Of a stretch of DNA of 64,000 bases, positions 41,237 through 54,164 are shown piece by piece. The stretch covers positions 17,236,001 through 17,300,000 of the forward strand of contig OX597828.1 of assembly GCA_951406725.2 (NCBI GenBank), given 5' to 3'. The DNA is from Octopus vulgaris (lineage: Eukaryota). The number at the start of each line of letters is the position of its first letter. Position 1 is the stretch's first letter. Under the pieces are notes generated by a model. It saw only the letters and a program-made list of their open reading frames with translations. It was not told the DNA's origin and did not search any database. The translations under genes were made by a program, and so were the position numbers.

Positions 41237-42769
41237 TCGTAGAAATACGCAATACACTTATGCAAAAAGAAGTAACCGTTCTCCTGCGTCTTTTATTCGA
41301 CAACCAGCTTTGAAGTAAGCTCTGGATAACTATTAATTATAAATGTAACACAATATGTTCAGATGGTTTATATAAATTAACTCGCATTGTTGGCTAAATA
41401 AATCGTTATTGTTCCTATTTCGTGCTCGCTTATAACCTTCAAGTATTCTAATTGGATTTTATAAAGCTTCGCTTTGCTTCTAATCTTCTATTAATGTTCA
41501 AATACAAAAAGAATGTGCTGCTTCTTCTGAGCAATACTTTCGCACAGTAATCTCTTAATACGTCATAAACCATGTGATTGAAGTTTGGTTAAGCTCTTGA
41601 ATGAGTGAAGTTAAGTGCGTCTTATATTTAGTAAGCCCTTCATACGCTGCTTATTTTTCCATCCCAATGTTTTACTTCCTACATACATACATATATATAC
41701 ATACATATGGAAGTATGTATGTATGAATTGGATGAATGTATGGATATTTCCATGCATATGTATTCATGTATTAACGATATATGTATGTACCTAATATATA
41801 TATAAATATATATAGGTTATTAAGAGGGAAAATGCTAAGCATTTAGTACAATATTATAATAATATTATCTATCCTAGTCTATTGTTTGCTTTATTTGGTG
41901 ACGTAGAAAGCACACCATATCAGCTTTGCATCTGTTATGAATGAAAGTGAAAAAACAACAGAACGCAATGAAAAACAGAAATCAAAAAGAAAGAAAAAGT
42001 ACCACATCGAAAGAAAAACCAAGGTAAAAAAAAAAAGAGAGATAAAGAAGGGGATGAGAAAAAGGGAGGGTGAGAGAGAGAGAGAGGGAAGAAATAATAA
42101 GTAAAAGCAGAAAAAATGGTGGGAAAAACGTGAAGACAATGTAATGGAAAATGAAGAAGAAAATAGGAAGAATACAAACTACATTTTGGCGTGTGAGAGG
42201 TAAATAGTCGGTTTGTTCTTTGGACATTTGCCAGAGAATCTCACTTCAGAGATAGTCAATATTTACCAATTCCGTATTGATATATGCATTATTTGTTCAA
42301 ACGTTAAGTAATACTGCCGACAAAATTTCGTATAAAATTTCAGATATTTAAAATATCGATTCGTTTTTATTCTCTCGAACAACCAATCCAAACTGCGAAG
42401 AAGGAAGTCCTTGTGAATTTGTTGTACTCATTAGTTTTAGAAACAGTAGCTATATACCTCTCAGATTTGATGCTTCAATCTTTAAGTAAGAAATAGTCAT
42501 ATTAGATAATGTAATCTTACAGGTTTCTCTTAAAAGATGGGATGGTTACGGCAGGAATACATTTGGTTATAGGTCTGCGCAATCAAGGGTGACTCGGGGT
42601 TGAAAATGGCTGAGCAGAAAAGAAAAAGAAAAGAAGCCTTTGGTGTCTTTAAATTCTTTATTCTTAAATCCTGTTGTTGCTGTTGTGTGTGTAAAGCAGA
42701 GAAAGAAAACGAGGGAGAGAGAGAGATGGGGGAGGGATAAGATGGTATCAAGCAGGAAGGCAGAGAAGA

Positions 42770-42914
42770 TATAAAGAAGAAAGGTAAGATAAAGGTAACA
42801 GAGGGATTGGAAAAAAGATGATAGAGAGAAAGAAAGAGAGAGAGAGGAAAAGTGGGAGAAAAAGTAGGAGTAGATGGCTGAGAGAGAGACAGACAGACAG
42901 AATGAGGAACAGAG

Positions 42915-42961
<47 letters not shown>

Positions 42962-43245
42962 TGGATCAGAAGCAGAAAAAGGGAGGGGGTAAAGTGAGAT
43001 AAAGATGACAAAGTGGAGTTACAAAAAGATGACAGAGAGAAAGAAAGAGTGAGAGAGGAACAGTGGGAAAAAGAGTAGGAGTAGAAGGCAGAGAGTGACA
43101 GACAGACAGAATGAGGAACAGAGGCAGAGAGACAGAGAGGGAGAGAGAGAGGGAGAGAGAGAGAAAGGTGGATCAGAAGCAGAGAAAGAGGAGGGGAAGG
43201 TGAGATAAAGATGACAGAGAGAAAGAAAGAGTGAGAGAGGAACAG
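42770..43245. repeat. Purine-rich tandem duplication, unit ~185-210 bp, ~2.3 copies
   Basis: aaagatga(t/c)agagagaaagaaagag...gacagacagaatgaggaacagaggc...gaaaggtggatcagaagcag recurs at ~42815, ~43025 and ~43208. Confidence 0.85.
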
Positions 43246-43982
43246 CGCGAGAGATGGAATGTGAATAGATAACACAGAGAGAGAGGAATAAGTAGCGGAA
43301 CAGATGTAGAGAAAGATAGGTGGGGATAAAAGCAGAGAATGATAGAGTGGTAAGAAGATTGATATAGAAGAAATAAAGCGGGAAAGAGAGAAATAGTGTT
43401 GACAGAAAGAAGATAGAGGGAGAGAGAGAGGGAAAGACAGATGATAAGAGCAAAAGATGAGAGTAGTTATTTTGGTTATCAACTCAGCTTATTGAAATGG
43501 GGATTCATCAAAGAACGATCAATACAAGAATTAATCAATCGAATTCATTCTCGAGAAAAAAAAAGGCAAAAAAGGATCACAGTATACAAGTTTTTTTATT
43601 CAAATTTTATTTTATATATTTTGTGGTTAACCAAATAATCATTTATGTCTTTTTATTTTTTTGTAAGGGAGGTTGTCATTGATTCGTACTTAGTTGATCT
43701 GTTGAACAGAAAAAGAAAGTGAAAATAAAGTAAAATAGAATGAATGCATTGAAAAAGACAAATATTTGTAACTTCGTTTTATTTTCCTCTCGTAATATTT
43801 GAGGGTCACTCAGTTAAATATTTGCGAATTCGTTTCAACTCAAACATAACATATAAAAGTGCATATTTCAGACATGATGCCTGTTGTCGTAGTTGTGAGT
43901 TAAACTCAGGGTATCCCTGGTCGAGTAGAATTATGATCAAATTCAAAAAAATTTTACTATCGATATATTATTATCAAGATGT

Positions 43983-46190
43983 AGGCGACGAGCTGGCAGA
44001 AACGGAAGCACGCCAGACGAAATGCTTAGCTGTATTTCGTCTATCTTTATGTTCTGAGTTCAAATTACGCCGAGGCTGACTTTGCCTTTCATCATTTCGG
44101 AGTCGATAAATTAAGTACCAGTTGCGCATTGGGGTCGATATAATCGACTGGCCCCCTTCCTAAAAGTTTCAGGCCTTGTGCCTAGAGTAGAAAAGAATTA
44201 AAAATCTGTTTGAAGGCGGCGAGCTGGCACAATCGTTAGCACGCCGGGCGAAATGCGTAGCCGTATTTCGTCTGCCGTTACGTTTTGAGTTCAAATTCCG
44301 CTGAGGTCGACTTTGCCTTTCATCCTTTCGGAGTCGATAAATTAAGTACTAGTCACGCACTGGGGTCGATGTAATCGACTTAATCCGTGTGTTGTCCTTG
44401 TTTGTCTCCTTGTGGGCAGTAAAGAAATAGGTATTTCGTCTGTTTTTATGTACCGAGTTCAAATTCCGCCGAGGTCGACTTTGCCTTTCATCCATTCGGA
44501 GTCGATAAATTAAGCACCAGTTGCGCACTGGGATCGTTCTAATCGACTTTAACCTTCCCTACAAATTTCGAGCCTTGTACCCAGAAAAAAATGATTAGTA
44601 CTATTAAGGCGTAGGTGGCAAGCTGGCAGAAACGTTAGCATGCCGGGCAAAATGCTTAGCAGTATTTCGTCTGCTGTTACGTTCTGAGTTCATATTCCGC
44701 CGAGGTCGACTTTGCCTTTCATCTTTTCGGGGTCGATAAATTAAATACCAGTTACGCACTGGAGTCGATGTAAACGACTTAATCTGTTTGTCTGTCCTTG
44801 TTTAGCCCCTTGTGGGTATTAATGAAATAAGTATTTCGTCTGTCTGCGCATTCTGAGGTCAAGGTCCACCTAGGTCGACTTTACTTTTCATCCTTTCGGA
44901 GTCGATAAAATGAGTACTAGTTGAGTACTGGGGTAGAAGTAATCGTCTTTCCCCACTCCCCCAAATTTCAGGCTTTGTGCCTACTGTAGAAAGGATTATT
45001 ATTATCAGCAAGGCGGTGATCCGGCAGAATCGTTACCTCCCCAGGCAAAATTCTTGGCGATATTGCTTGATTCAAATACCGCCGAGGTCGATGTTTTCTT
45101 TACCCATTCGGAGTCGATAAAAAAACCCCCCAAAACCTCAGATGGTAAAGACGAAAGACATGCTGCGGAGCATGCTACCGATTATTTTCTACTCTAGGCA
45201 CAAGGCCCGGAATTTTGGGGAAGGGGCCAGTCGATTAGATCGACGCCAATACGCTACTGGTACTTAATTTATCGACCCCGAAAGGATGAAAGGCAAAGTC
45301 GACCTCGGCGGAATTTGAACTCGGTACGTAAAGATAGACGAAATACCTATTTCGTTACTACACACACGGGGCTAAACACAGAGAGGACAAACAAAGACAG
45401 ACAAACGGCGGATTAAGTCGATTATATCGACCCCAGTGCGTAAATGGTACTTATTTAATCGAGTTAGCACGCCGGGCGAAATGCTTAGCGGTATTTCGTC
45501 TGCGTTACGTTGTGAGTTCAAATTCCGCCGAGGTCGACTTTGCCTTTCATCCTTTCGGGGGTCGATAAATTAAGTACCAGTTACGAACTTGGGTCGATGT
45601 AATCGACTTAATACCTATGTCTGTCCTTGTTTGTTCCCTCTGTGTTTAGCCCCTAGTGGGTAATAAAGAAAGTAGGTACTTATTTAATCGATCCGAAAGT
45701 ATAAAAGGCAAAGTCAACCTCGGCGGAATTTGAACTCGGTACGTAAAGACAGACGAAATACCTATTTCTTTACTACCCACAAGCGGCTAAACACAGAGGG
45801 CACAAACAAGGACACACAAACGAATTGAGTCAATTATATCGACCCCAGTGCGTAACTGGTACTTATTTAATCGGCCTCGAAAGTTTGAAAGGCAGTCGAC
45901 CTCGGCGGAATTTGAACTCAGAACGTAACGAGAGACGAAATACTGCTAACGATTCTTATTTCTTTATTGCCCACAAGGAGCTAAACATAGAGGGGACAAA
46001 CAAGGAGAGGCAAAGGTATTAAGTCGATTACATCGACCCCAGTGCGTAACCGGTACTTAATTTATCGACCCCGAAATGATGAAAGGTAAAGTCAACCTCG
46101 GCGGAATTTGAACTCAGAACGTAACGTAACGGCAGCCGAAATACTGCTAAGCATTCCGCTCGGCGTGCTAACGATTCTGCTAGCTTGCCG
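43983..46190. mobile_element. Dense cluster of about a dozen family B SINE units in both orientations
   Basis: Plus units at ~43983, 44214, 44430, 44612, 44830, 45010 and 45461. Minus units at 45185-45460 and 45675-46190. Confidence 0.92.
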
Positions 46191-46987
46191 ATTTCCTGTA
46201 TGTTATAATAATAGCAATATTATTTCCAACGCTTTAAAAAAAAAATCCATGAAAAACATTTTTTCACGGACTACAAAGATCTAGAGAACCAATCAATTAT
46301 TCCTTTTGTCTGAAGTATAAAGAACATCATAAGTAAATTACCATGGAACCAGACTCTTGTATCGTTTACAGCCTTCTTAGGAAAGACTGGTTATTCATTC
46401 AACGCTAATATAATAAATACGTGCGCAGACATGTATTTTAGACGTAATAATCGATCGTTCAATTTAATACCACAACCAGGTTCCTAGGGGCTGTTGCTGA
46501 ATACCACTACGTTGTTAATATTTATAATCTGGTGGATCAGGGATGATACCCGGGTTAAGCAAAAGTCTACTGGGTTGTTTAATCTGAAAGAGATAGAACC
46601 TAAATCTACCCCAAATTACACTCACAAATCCAGAAGAAGAAAGAAAAAATCATAAGAGTATGTCATTGAATAGTTAAATCCAAGATAAATTTTGCCTAAA
46701 AGACACCACTATAGAGACTGCCTCATCTATCTCATACTTGCAATAACTAACTTCGAATTTTTGTGTGTGAGAGAGAGACAGACAGACAGACAGAGTGGGA
46801 AAGAGAGAGAGCGAGAGAGTGAGAGAGAGGGCTGCAAGAAGATTGGTACACATTTTCAATGGAGCAACGTGAAATAGTGTATCTTTCCAGTAGAACGTAA
46901 CGTACCGACTGGCTTAGATATTGAACCCACGGTGCTTTAACAAATAATGTTTAATCTTTTGAAACGGTGCCCAAAATAAGACAAAAT

Positions 46988-47410
46988 ACTTTTCTGCTCT
47001 AGGCTCAAGGCCCGAAATTCTTAGAGAAATGGCCAGTTGATTAAATCGACCTCAGTACGCAACTGGTACTTAATTTATCAATCCCGAAATGATGAAAGGT
47101 AAATCAACCTCGGTGGAATTTGAACTTAAAGGCAGACGAAATACTGCTAAGCATTTCGCCAGGCGTGCTAACGTTCCTTATTTCTTTATTGCCCACAAGG
47201 GACTAAACATAGAGGGGACAAACAAGGACAGACAAATGGATTAAGTCGATTACATCGACCCCAGTGCGTAACTGGTACTTGATTTATCGACCCCGTAAGG
47301 ATGAAAGGCAAAGCCGACTCCGGCGGAATTTGAACTCAGAACGTAGCGGTAGACGAAATACCGCTAAGCAGTTCGCCCGGCGTGCTGACAATTCTGCCAG
47401 CTCGCCGCCT
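46988..47410 (-). mobile_element. Dimeric family B SINE
   Basis: Head at 47410 (GGCGGCGAGCTGGCAGAAT), followed by a second unit that restarts internally. Confidence 0.9.
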
Positions 47411-49256
47411 TAAATAAGACAAAATTCATTAGCTTGTTGATAATTCTTAAGACAGTTGAGGGATAAATAAATAAGCAGTGAGGTAATGTTTTTATTTTTG
47501 TCCACTCTCCTACGCATAGCACCCAGATGTCCCTCAGACCCCATCTTTACGGCATTTATGAATGGGGACACGTTCTACGAAGCCGTTAATGATGTTTTAA
47601 AAGGCAGGATGGTGACGAATGGAACATGTTTAAGCACAGATCTGCTACATTAGGGATGATTCGAGGCACCGACCCTCCAACCACCACCTTTACCACCACC
47701 ACTACCACCATATTCTGTCTGTTCTTACCACCTTCAACAGCAGTAGCAGCCGTTCAAGAATTTGGACCTGGAGGTCTCCATTTCCAGCGACTTCAAGGGC
47801 CACCTCCCAGTGGTGCCGGGCGTCAACGAAGAGCCCTCGACTAGAACAAGACGACCAAAGTTTCTTTTTCTAAGGTCTGGGGTCTCCCGTCCCTAAGCCC
47901 TAGACCATCACCTAATAACCTTACCCGTCTTGTTGCTTAACAACAACAACAACAACAGTAGCAGCAACAACAAAAGCATCAGTCGTGAAGCATACTATGT
48001 TGTCTTAAGGCCTTTGAATTGGCGATACATTTAGGTTATCAGTTATTGCTGTTGATGCTGTGTTTTTGTTGTTGTTGGTGCAGTTGTTTTTGTTGTTGTT
48101 ATTTATCTCAAACAAAGTCTGCACCGGCAGAGAACAAACCTGAGATCAAAGGTATTCCAGTCATGACCCCCGCTTACATTATTAAGTAGTCATAGTGCAC
48201 CATAGACAACAATATAGAACGTGCTTCATTTTAAAAACGGTGAAGTGCAATTTGTGGCTGATTTGACTGCTCATTCTTGCAGGTCGAGTAAACTCATATG
48301 GCCATCCTCGTTGGCTAATTATCAGTTAATTTATTTGGTGGTGGTGGTGGTGGGGTAAATTACTGGAATATTTGTCAAAATAACATTCTGTCAAATGACA
48401 TGTCTTCAAATTTACACACTTCAGTACTCCAAGATAAAACGATATCAAGAAACAGAGCAGAGGTGGGGGGCTTCGATGGTAGTGATAGTAGCAGTAGTAG
48501 CAGTAACAGCAGCGCTTGGAGGCAGGACGAGTTACTGTTGCAGTTGCTTCTTATCTTTCGCTTCTTCTTTTTTCCTTTCCTTGTTCTTCTCTACCTAGTT
48601 TTCTTTTCTTCTCTCTTCTAGATCCGTTTTTCTCCTTTTCGACTCTCTCTTCTCCTCCTCGTCCGCCATCTCCTCATCCTTTGTCTTCTTCTTCTTCTTC
48701 TACTACTACTACTACTACTACTACTACTATTGCTGCCGTTGCTGCTACAACTACTTCTGCTTCCCTCCGTTTTGATCATCATCATCCACTTCCTTCTTCT
48801 TCTTCTTCTTCTTCTTCTTCTTCTTCTTCTTCTTCTTTAGCTCCTATTCAAACTTGATTGAGTAGACTTATGATCAAAGAAACACATTCCACATGCAAGC
48901 CACTCACCCTTTCCTACCCAAACATATGTACGTAGCACAAACACTATCAACATCTGTCAGTTCCATATTTAAACACCACCTGGTGTTTTTTTTTTAGCGA
49001 TATACCTAACTGCTGTGTCTAGCAACTCAAGTCATCATTTACGATAGAAATTCCCGTCTTGGAACACGCCACGAAAGATACAACCCAATCTATCTTGAAC
49101 TATGCAGCTCAATATTATCACAGCTATCCGTTCCCTGTACACTTAAAACCGTCGGGACTGATCTAAGCCATATCTGACTGCTCCTTCTAGCAATTCAAGC
49201 GACCACTTATTTGGAAGAGGTCACCAAAAATACAGCTGAACAGATCGAGAGTCATG

Positions 49257-49657
49257 TACTCTTTTCTTTTACTCTTTTACTTGTTTTAGTCCTTTGACTG
49301 CGGCCATGCTGGAGCACCACCTTTAGTCGAGCAAATCGACCCCAAGACGTATTCTTTGTAAGCCTAGTAGTTATTCTATCGGTCTCTTTTGCCGAATCGC
49401 TAAGTTACGGGGACGTAAACACACAAGCATCGGTTGTCAAACGATGTTGGTGGAGGGGGGACAAACACAGACACAAACACACACACACACACACACATAT
49501 ATACATATATACGACGAGCCTCTTTCAGTTTCCTTCTACCAAGGCTTTGGTCGACCCGAGGCTATAGTAGAAGACACTTGCCCAAGGTGCCACGCAGTGG
49601 GACTGAACCCGGAACCATGTGGTTCGTAAGCAAGCTCCTTACCACACAGCCACTCCT
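49257..49657 (-). mobile_element. SINE family A
   Basis: Reverse complement matches 3734-4147. Confidence 0.9.
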
Positions 49658-50165
49658 AGGGCAAGTTTATTACATATGTTAGTTCTTTGTTCAATTTAGT
49701 CAATTCAGGTGTGATCTGAGCAATATTTGACTGCTGTATCTAACAATACAAACAACCACTTATAAAACAGATTTCCCTTCTTGGATCATGCTACGAAAAA
49801 TAAGACCATAACAATGGTAGGCTGCTGCTTCTAGATAAGATATGATGAACAATTTCTAAGACCAAATATTATATTTAAAGTATTTCAGCTGTGGAGATCA
49901 AAAGAAGCAATATACATCTACCAATGACAGAGAAACCACGCTAACGAGACAGATTAAACACATACCAATAATACCAAACAATATAATAAAAGTGGTCTAC
50001 GATGGTAAGTGGGTCGGTATGGGACTGCGATAGGCTCTGAGACGGAGTATGACTACAACAGGGAGCAATTAGTAAATCTGTAAGATAAAATTCAACTCTC
50101 TTGTAGTAAGTAACCTCATGGGGAGATATGCTATACTTACGCATTTACGTGTATTTACCGACCTC

Positions 50166-50249
<84 letters not shown>

Positions 50250-50439
50250 AATGCATGCATACATACATACATCCATACATACATACATACATACATACAC
50301 ATATATACATATATGTATATATATATATGTGTTTGTGTGTAACATTATATGATATAAGTATAATGAAATCACTGGCGCGTTAATAGTGTTTTGTGTCAAT
50401 ACAATGTTATACTAAAGACCGTATCTCTAGATTCTAAGC

Positions 50440-50600
50440 AAACACATGTTTCCGGGTTCAGTCCCACTGCCTGGCACTTTGGGCAAGTGTCTTCTACTAT
50501 AGCCTCGGGCCGACCAAAGCCATGTGAGTGGATTTGGTAGATGGAAACTGAAAGAAGCCCGTCGTATATATTTATTTATGTATGTATGTATGTATGTACG

Positions 50601-50699
<99 letters not shown>

Positions 50700-50905
50700 A
50701 TGTATATATATATGCATGTGTTTGTTAATGTCTGTATTTGTTTCCCCACCATCGCTTGAGAACCGATGCTGGTGTGTTTACATCTCCGTAACCTAGCAGT
50801 CGGTGCAGCAAAAGAGACTGATAAAATAAGTACTAGACCTACGGGGGCGATTTGTTCGACAAAAGCATGACCGCAGTCAAAAGACTGAAACAGGTAAAAG
50901 AATCA
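50440..50905 (+). mobile_element. SINE family A (5'-eroded) with expanded internal (TATG)/(TATC)/(TG) tract
   Basis: Body and tail match the family. Confidence 0.85.
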
Positions 50906-51187
50906 AAGTAGACAACCGTGATGCAATGCATTACCATAAAGGAAAACTCTAATTGTCAGTAAATATGATTAGGGTGTTAGGACACCTACACTGCTAGAAA
51001 TAAAAGCTAAAAAGCTCAAACTGTATGCATATCTACTGACAGCGATGTAGGTGTCCTAACACCCGAGTCATATTTAGGGGCATATGTATACGTGTGTGTA
51101 TGTGTGTGTATGTGCGTGCGTGCGTGTGTGTATCTTATGGTCTTCCTACATTTTCCGCCTACCAAATTCATTCGCAAGATTTTGGCA

Positions 51188-51264
51188 CGTCTTATACTAT
51201 AACCTCGAGTCGACCAAAGCATTGTGAGTGGATTTAGTAGACGGAAGCTGAAAGAAGCCTGTCG

Positions 51265-51316
<52 letters not shown>

Positions 51317-51337
51317 GTTAATTCTTAATTAAAAAAT

Positions 51338-51388
<51 letters not shown>

Positions 51389-51850
51389 AGATAACCGAAG
51401 AGATGGTGTTGTGGATTTCCACTTCGGCATCTGAAACTCAGAGTTTTATCTTGACTATTGAGTAATGTAACATATTATTTTATAGATATTTATTTATATA
51501 TATATATATATTTTAATTCTTAATTTCTATTTTATTTACTTACCAGTTTACTAGTATCAATTTACATACTACGTATCTATAGCATTAGTATTAGCGCATA
51601 TTATATTGCAATATATGACAACTATACTCATGTACCTACTTTCACCTTCTCTTTTCTTAACACCGGAGAAGGTCATACAGATGTTGGCGTGTTTACATCT
51701 CCGTAACTTAGTGGTTCGGCAAAGGAGATGGATAGAATAGACACTAGGCTTACAAAGAGTAAGTCCTAGGTTCGATTTGTTCGACTGAAAGCGGTGCTAC
51801 AACATGGTCGCAGAGAAATGAACTGAAACAAGTAAAAGAATAAAAGAATA
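51188..51850 (+). mobile_element. SINE family A split by an insertion into its internal (TA)n tract
   Basis: 5' body at 51188-51266 and tail at 51678-51850, with ~400 bp of other sequence between them. Confidence 0.8.
51383..51458 (+). ncRNA. Degenerate type I minimal hammerhead ribozyme motif (Penelope-like element type)
   Basis: Stem I ATAGTCAGATAA / TTATCTTGACTAT; core CCGAAGA (CUGANGA with U4>C); stem II GATG...GTGGA-TT-TCCAC...CATC; GAAA; near-palindromic stem III ACTC-A-GAGT; GUU triplet. Confidence 0.6.
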
Positions 51851-52064
51851 CAGTGTTGGATAAAAATTGACAGACATATTCTGTAAATTAGTGTAGAGTC
51901 TGCGCATATTCTCTTTCTCTTTTTAATTTAAAGCTTATTTCGACCGGCCACCTGCTTCCTAGCAATGCTGTGAATGAAGGCATCCTGTTTCGTTCTTCAT
52001 CATTTAATTCTTAGAAAGACTTGCAGCTTTTTATTCATTCATTTATTTATTAATTTCTTTTAGA

Positions 52065-52240
52065 ATTATGTATGTATGTAATCTGTTTATCTATCTATCT
52101 ATCCATCTGTTTATCTATCTATCTGTATATCTATGTACCCATCTATCTATCTATCTCTTTATTTGTTTATCTATCTATTTATGTACATATATCTCTCTCT
52201 CTATCTATCTACCTATGTATCTGTCTGTCTGTCTGTCTGC

Positions 52241-52316
<76 letters not shown>

Positions 52317-52480
52317 TTATCTATCTATCAATCTATCTATTTATCTATCTATCAATCTATCTATTTATCTATCTATCAATCTATCTATCTATCTATCTAT
52401 CAATCTATCTTTCTATCTATTTATTTATCTATCTATCTATCTATATATCTATCTATCTATCTATCTATCTACCTACTTAT
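52065..52480. repeat. Long degenerate (TATC)n microsatellite
   Basis: Directly visible. Confidence 0.95.
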
Positions 52481-52603
52481 ATATCTGCCAATAAATATAT
52501 TTGTATGAGGATATCTTTAATATATTTTGATTGTTGACTCTTTTCATACAAACATGTGTGTATACACCACTCAGTCTCTCTCTCTTTCTCTCTCTCACTC
52601 TAT

Positions 52604-52635
<32 letters not shown>

Positions 52636-53103
52636 CCCGTGTGAGCATATGTGCAGTTGACTTCTTGTAGATGTTCCAATTCAAATCTCGATTTGGTGGG
52701 TCTCAATTGACTATGAAAAACCTATTAATACGCACAGGCTGGCTCAATTCGTAAGAGACGGCAATCTGATATTAACCAATATATTCCTTTTCCATAATTC
52801 ATTCCATATAAATATATTAATATATGTGAGAAAATAATGCCTTTATTGTTCTTATTCGGAATAAAAATGAACGGGGTGAAGCTTCGTAGCCTAATGCCAT
52901 GTATCACCGGCACTTTTAATTTTAAGCTCGGGTTTAGTGAAAATATTACATATCGAACATGGCGGGTTGCAGTTATGGTTGTTGTTTTGGTGTCTTGCGC
53001 AGAACGGCTTTGATTGACAAGATCGAAAATGAAAGGAACGTAGGCTAATAGCGTTGTATTTTCGTATAATGCGTAAGTCCTGAACTGTGCAGACTATGTA
53101 ATT

Positions 53104-53616
53104 GTGAAGGCGCCTGTCTTACTGTTCAGGGCATTCGACTCAGGATCAGGAGTTCGATTCCCAGCGGCGCGTTGTGTTCTTGAGCAAGACACTTCGTTTC
53201 ACGTCGCTATAATCTTACTCGGCTAACAAAAACGAGTAGTACCTGTAATTCAAAGGTCCGACCTTGTCACACTCTATGTATTATGTTAAATCTCCCTGAG
53301 AACTGCGTTAAGGATTCGTGTGTCTGTAGAGCGCTCTGACTCTTGCACGTTAATTCCAAGAGCAGGTTGATCCGTTGATAGGTGTGATAATATTGAGCTG
53401 CATAGTTCAAGATAGATTGGGTTGTATCTTTCGTGGCGTGTTCCAAGACGGGAATTTCTATCCTAAATGGTCACTTGAATTGCTAGACATAGCAGTTAGG
53501 TATCTCGCTCAAAAAACACCTGGTGGTGTTTAAATATGGAAATGACAGATGTTGATAGTGTTTGTGCTACGTACATAAGCTGGAACACTTGTCATCGCAA
53601 CCGACGAAGTGCCAGA
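53104..53616 (+). mobile_element. tRNA-derived SINE interrupted by a 195-bp templated insertion
   Basis: Head GTGAAGGCGC...GAGTTCGATTCC. The body module is shared with 33440-33545 (-). The SINE-like tail resumes at 53578. Confidence 0.8.
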
Positions 53617-54164
53617 TTTTGTTTTTTTTTAATACCAGCCTTCATTTTCATACAATAGAGTGTGTGAGAGCGCGTAGCCTAGTGTTGCATTTACGAATGT
53701 GAGATCGCAATTTCAATTCTTAAACCCAGTGGTGCGTTGCACTCTTCAGAAACAAATGGTTAATTCACGCTTCTCGCCGATCACGTTTATATATTGTGTG
53801 TGATACATTGCGCATCTGTACGGACAATGTAGTTTCGATGGAGATGAATGGGTTGATATGATTCCCAACCATTTAATCCCTATAATCAAATCATCTGTGG
53901 AAGTTGTTCAGCATGAAATTGCAGAGTTTCTCTGTCATACTCGGGATTATATAATAAACTGTAGAATGTGATTTAAAGAATTCGGCCTTAAATCGAAACA
54001 CAACATCGCAACTTTATCATAGTGTTTTGTGCACAGGGAACCTAGATTGTTATATTTTATGCTGAATTGCCACAATGTTGCCTTTTTCACAAGGTGGCGA
54101 GTGAAATATGAAGTAGGTCAGAGTTCAACTGACGCTGCTTCTGAACATTTGTGTTTGGGACTTG

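Noticed and set aside
42748-43482. 244-aa ORF
   Set aside because: Ser/Leu/Phe low-complexity product of the CT-rich strand of a GA repeat.
43983-47410. Regularly recurring motifs resembling a CRISPR array
   Set aside because: The units are ~150-220-bp SINE copies in both orientations with no unique spacers and no cas genes, in a eukaryotic context.
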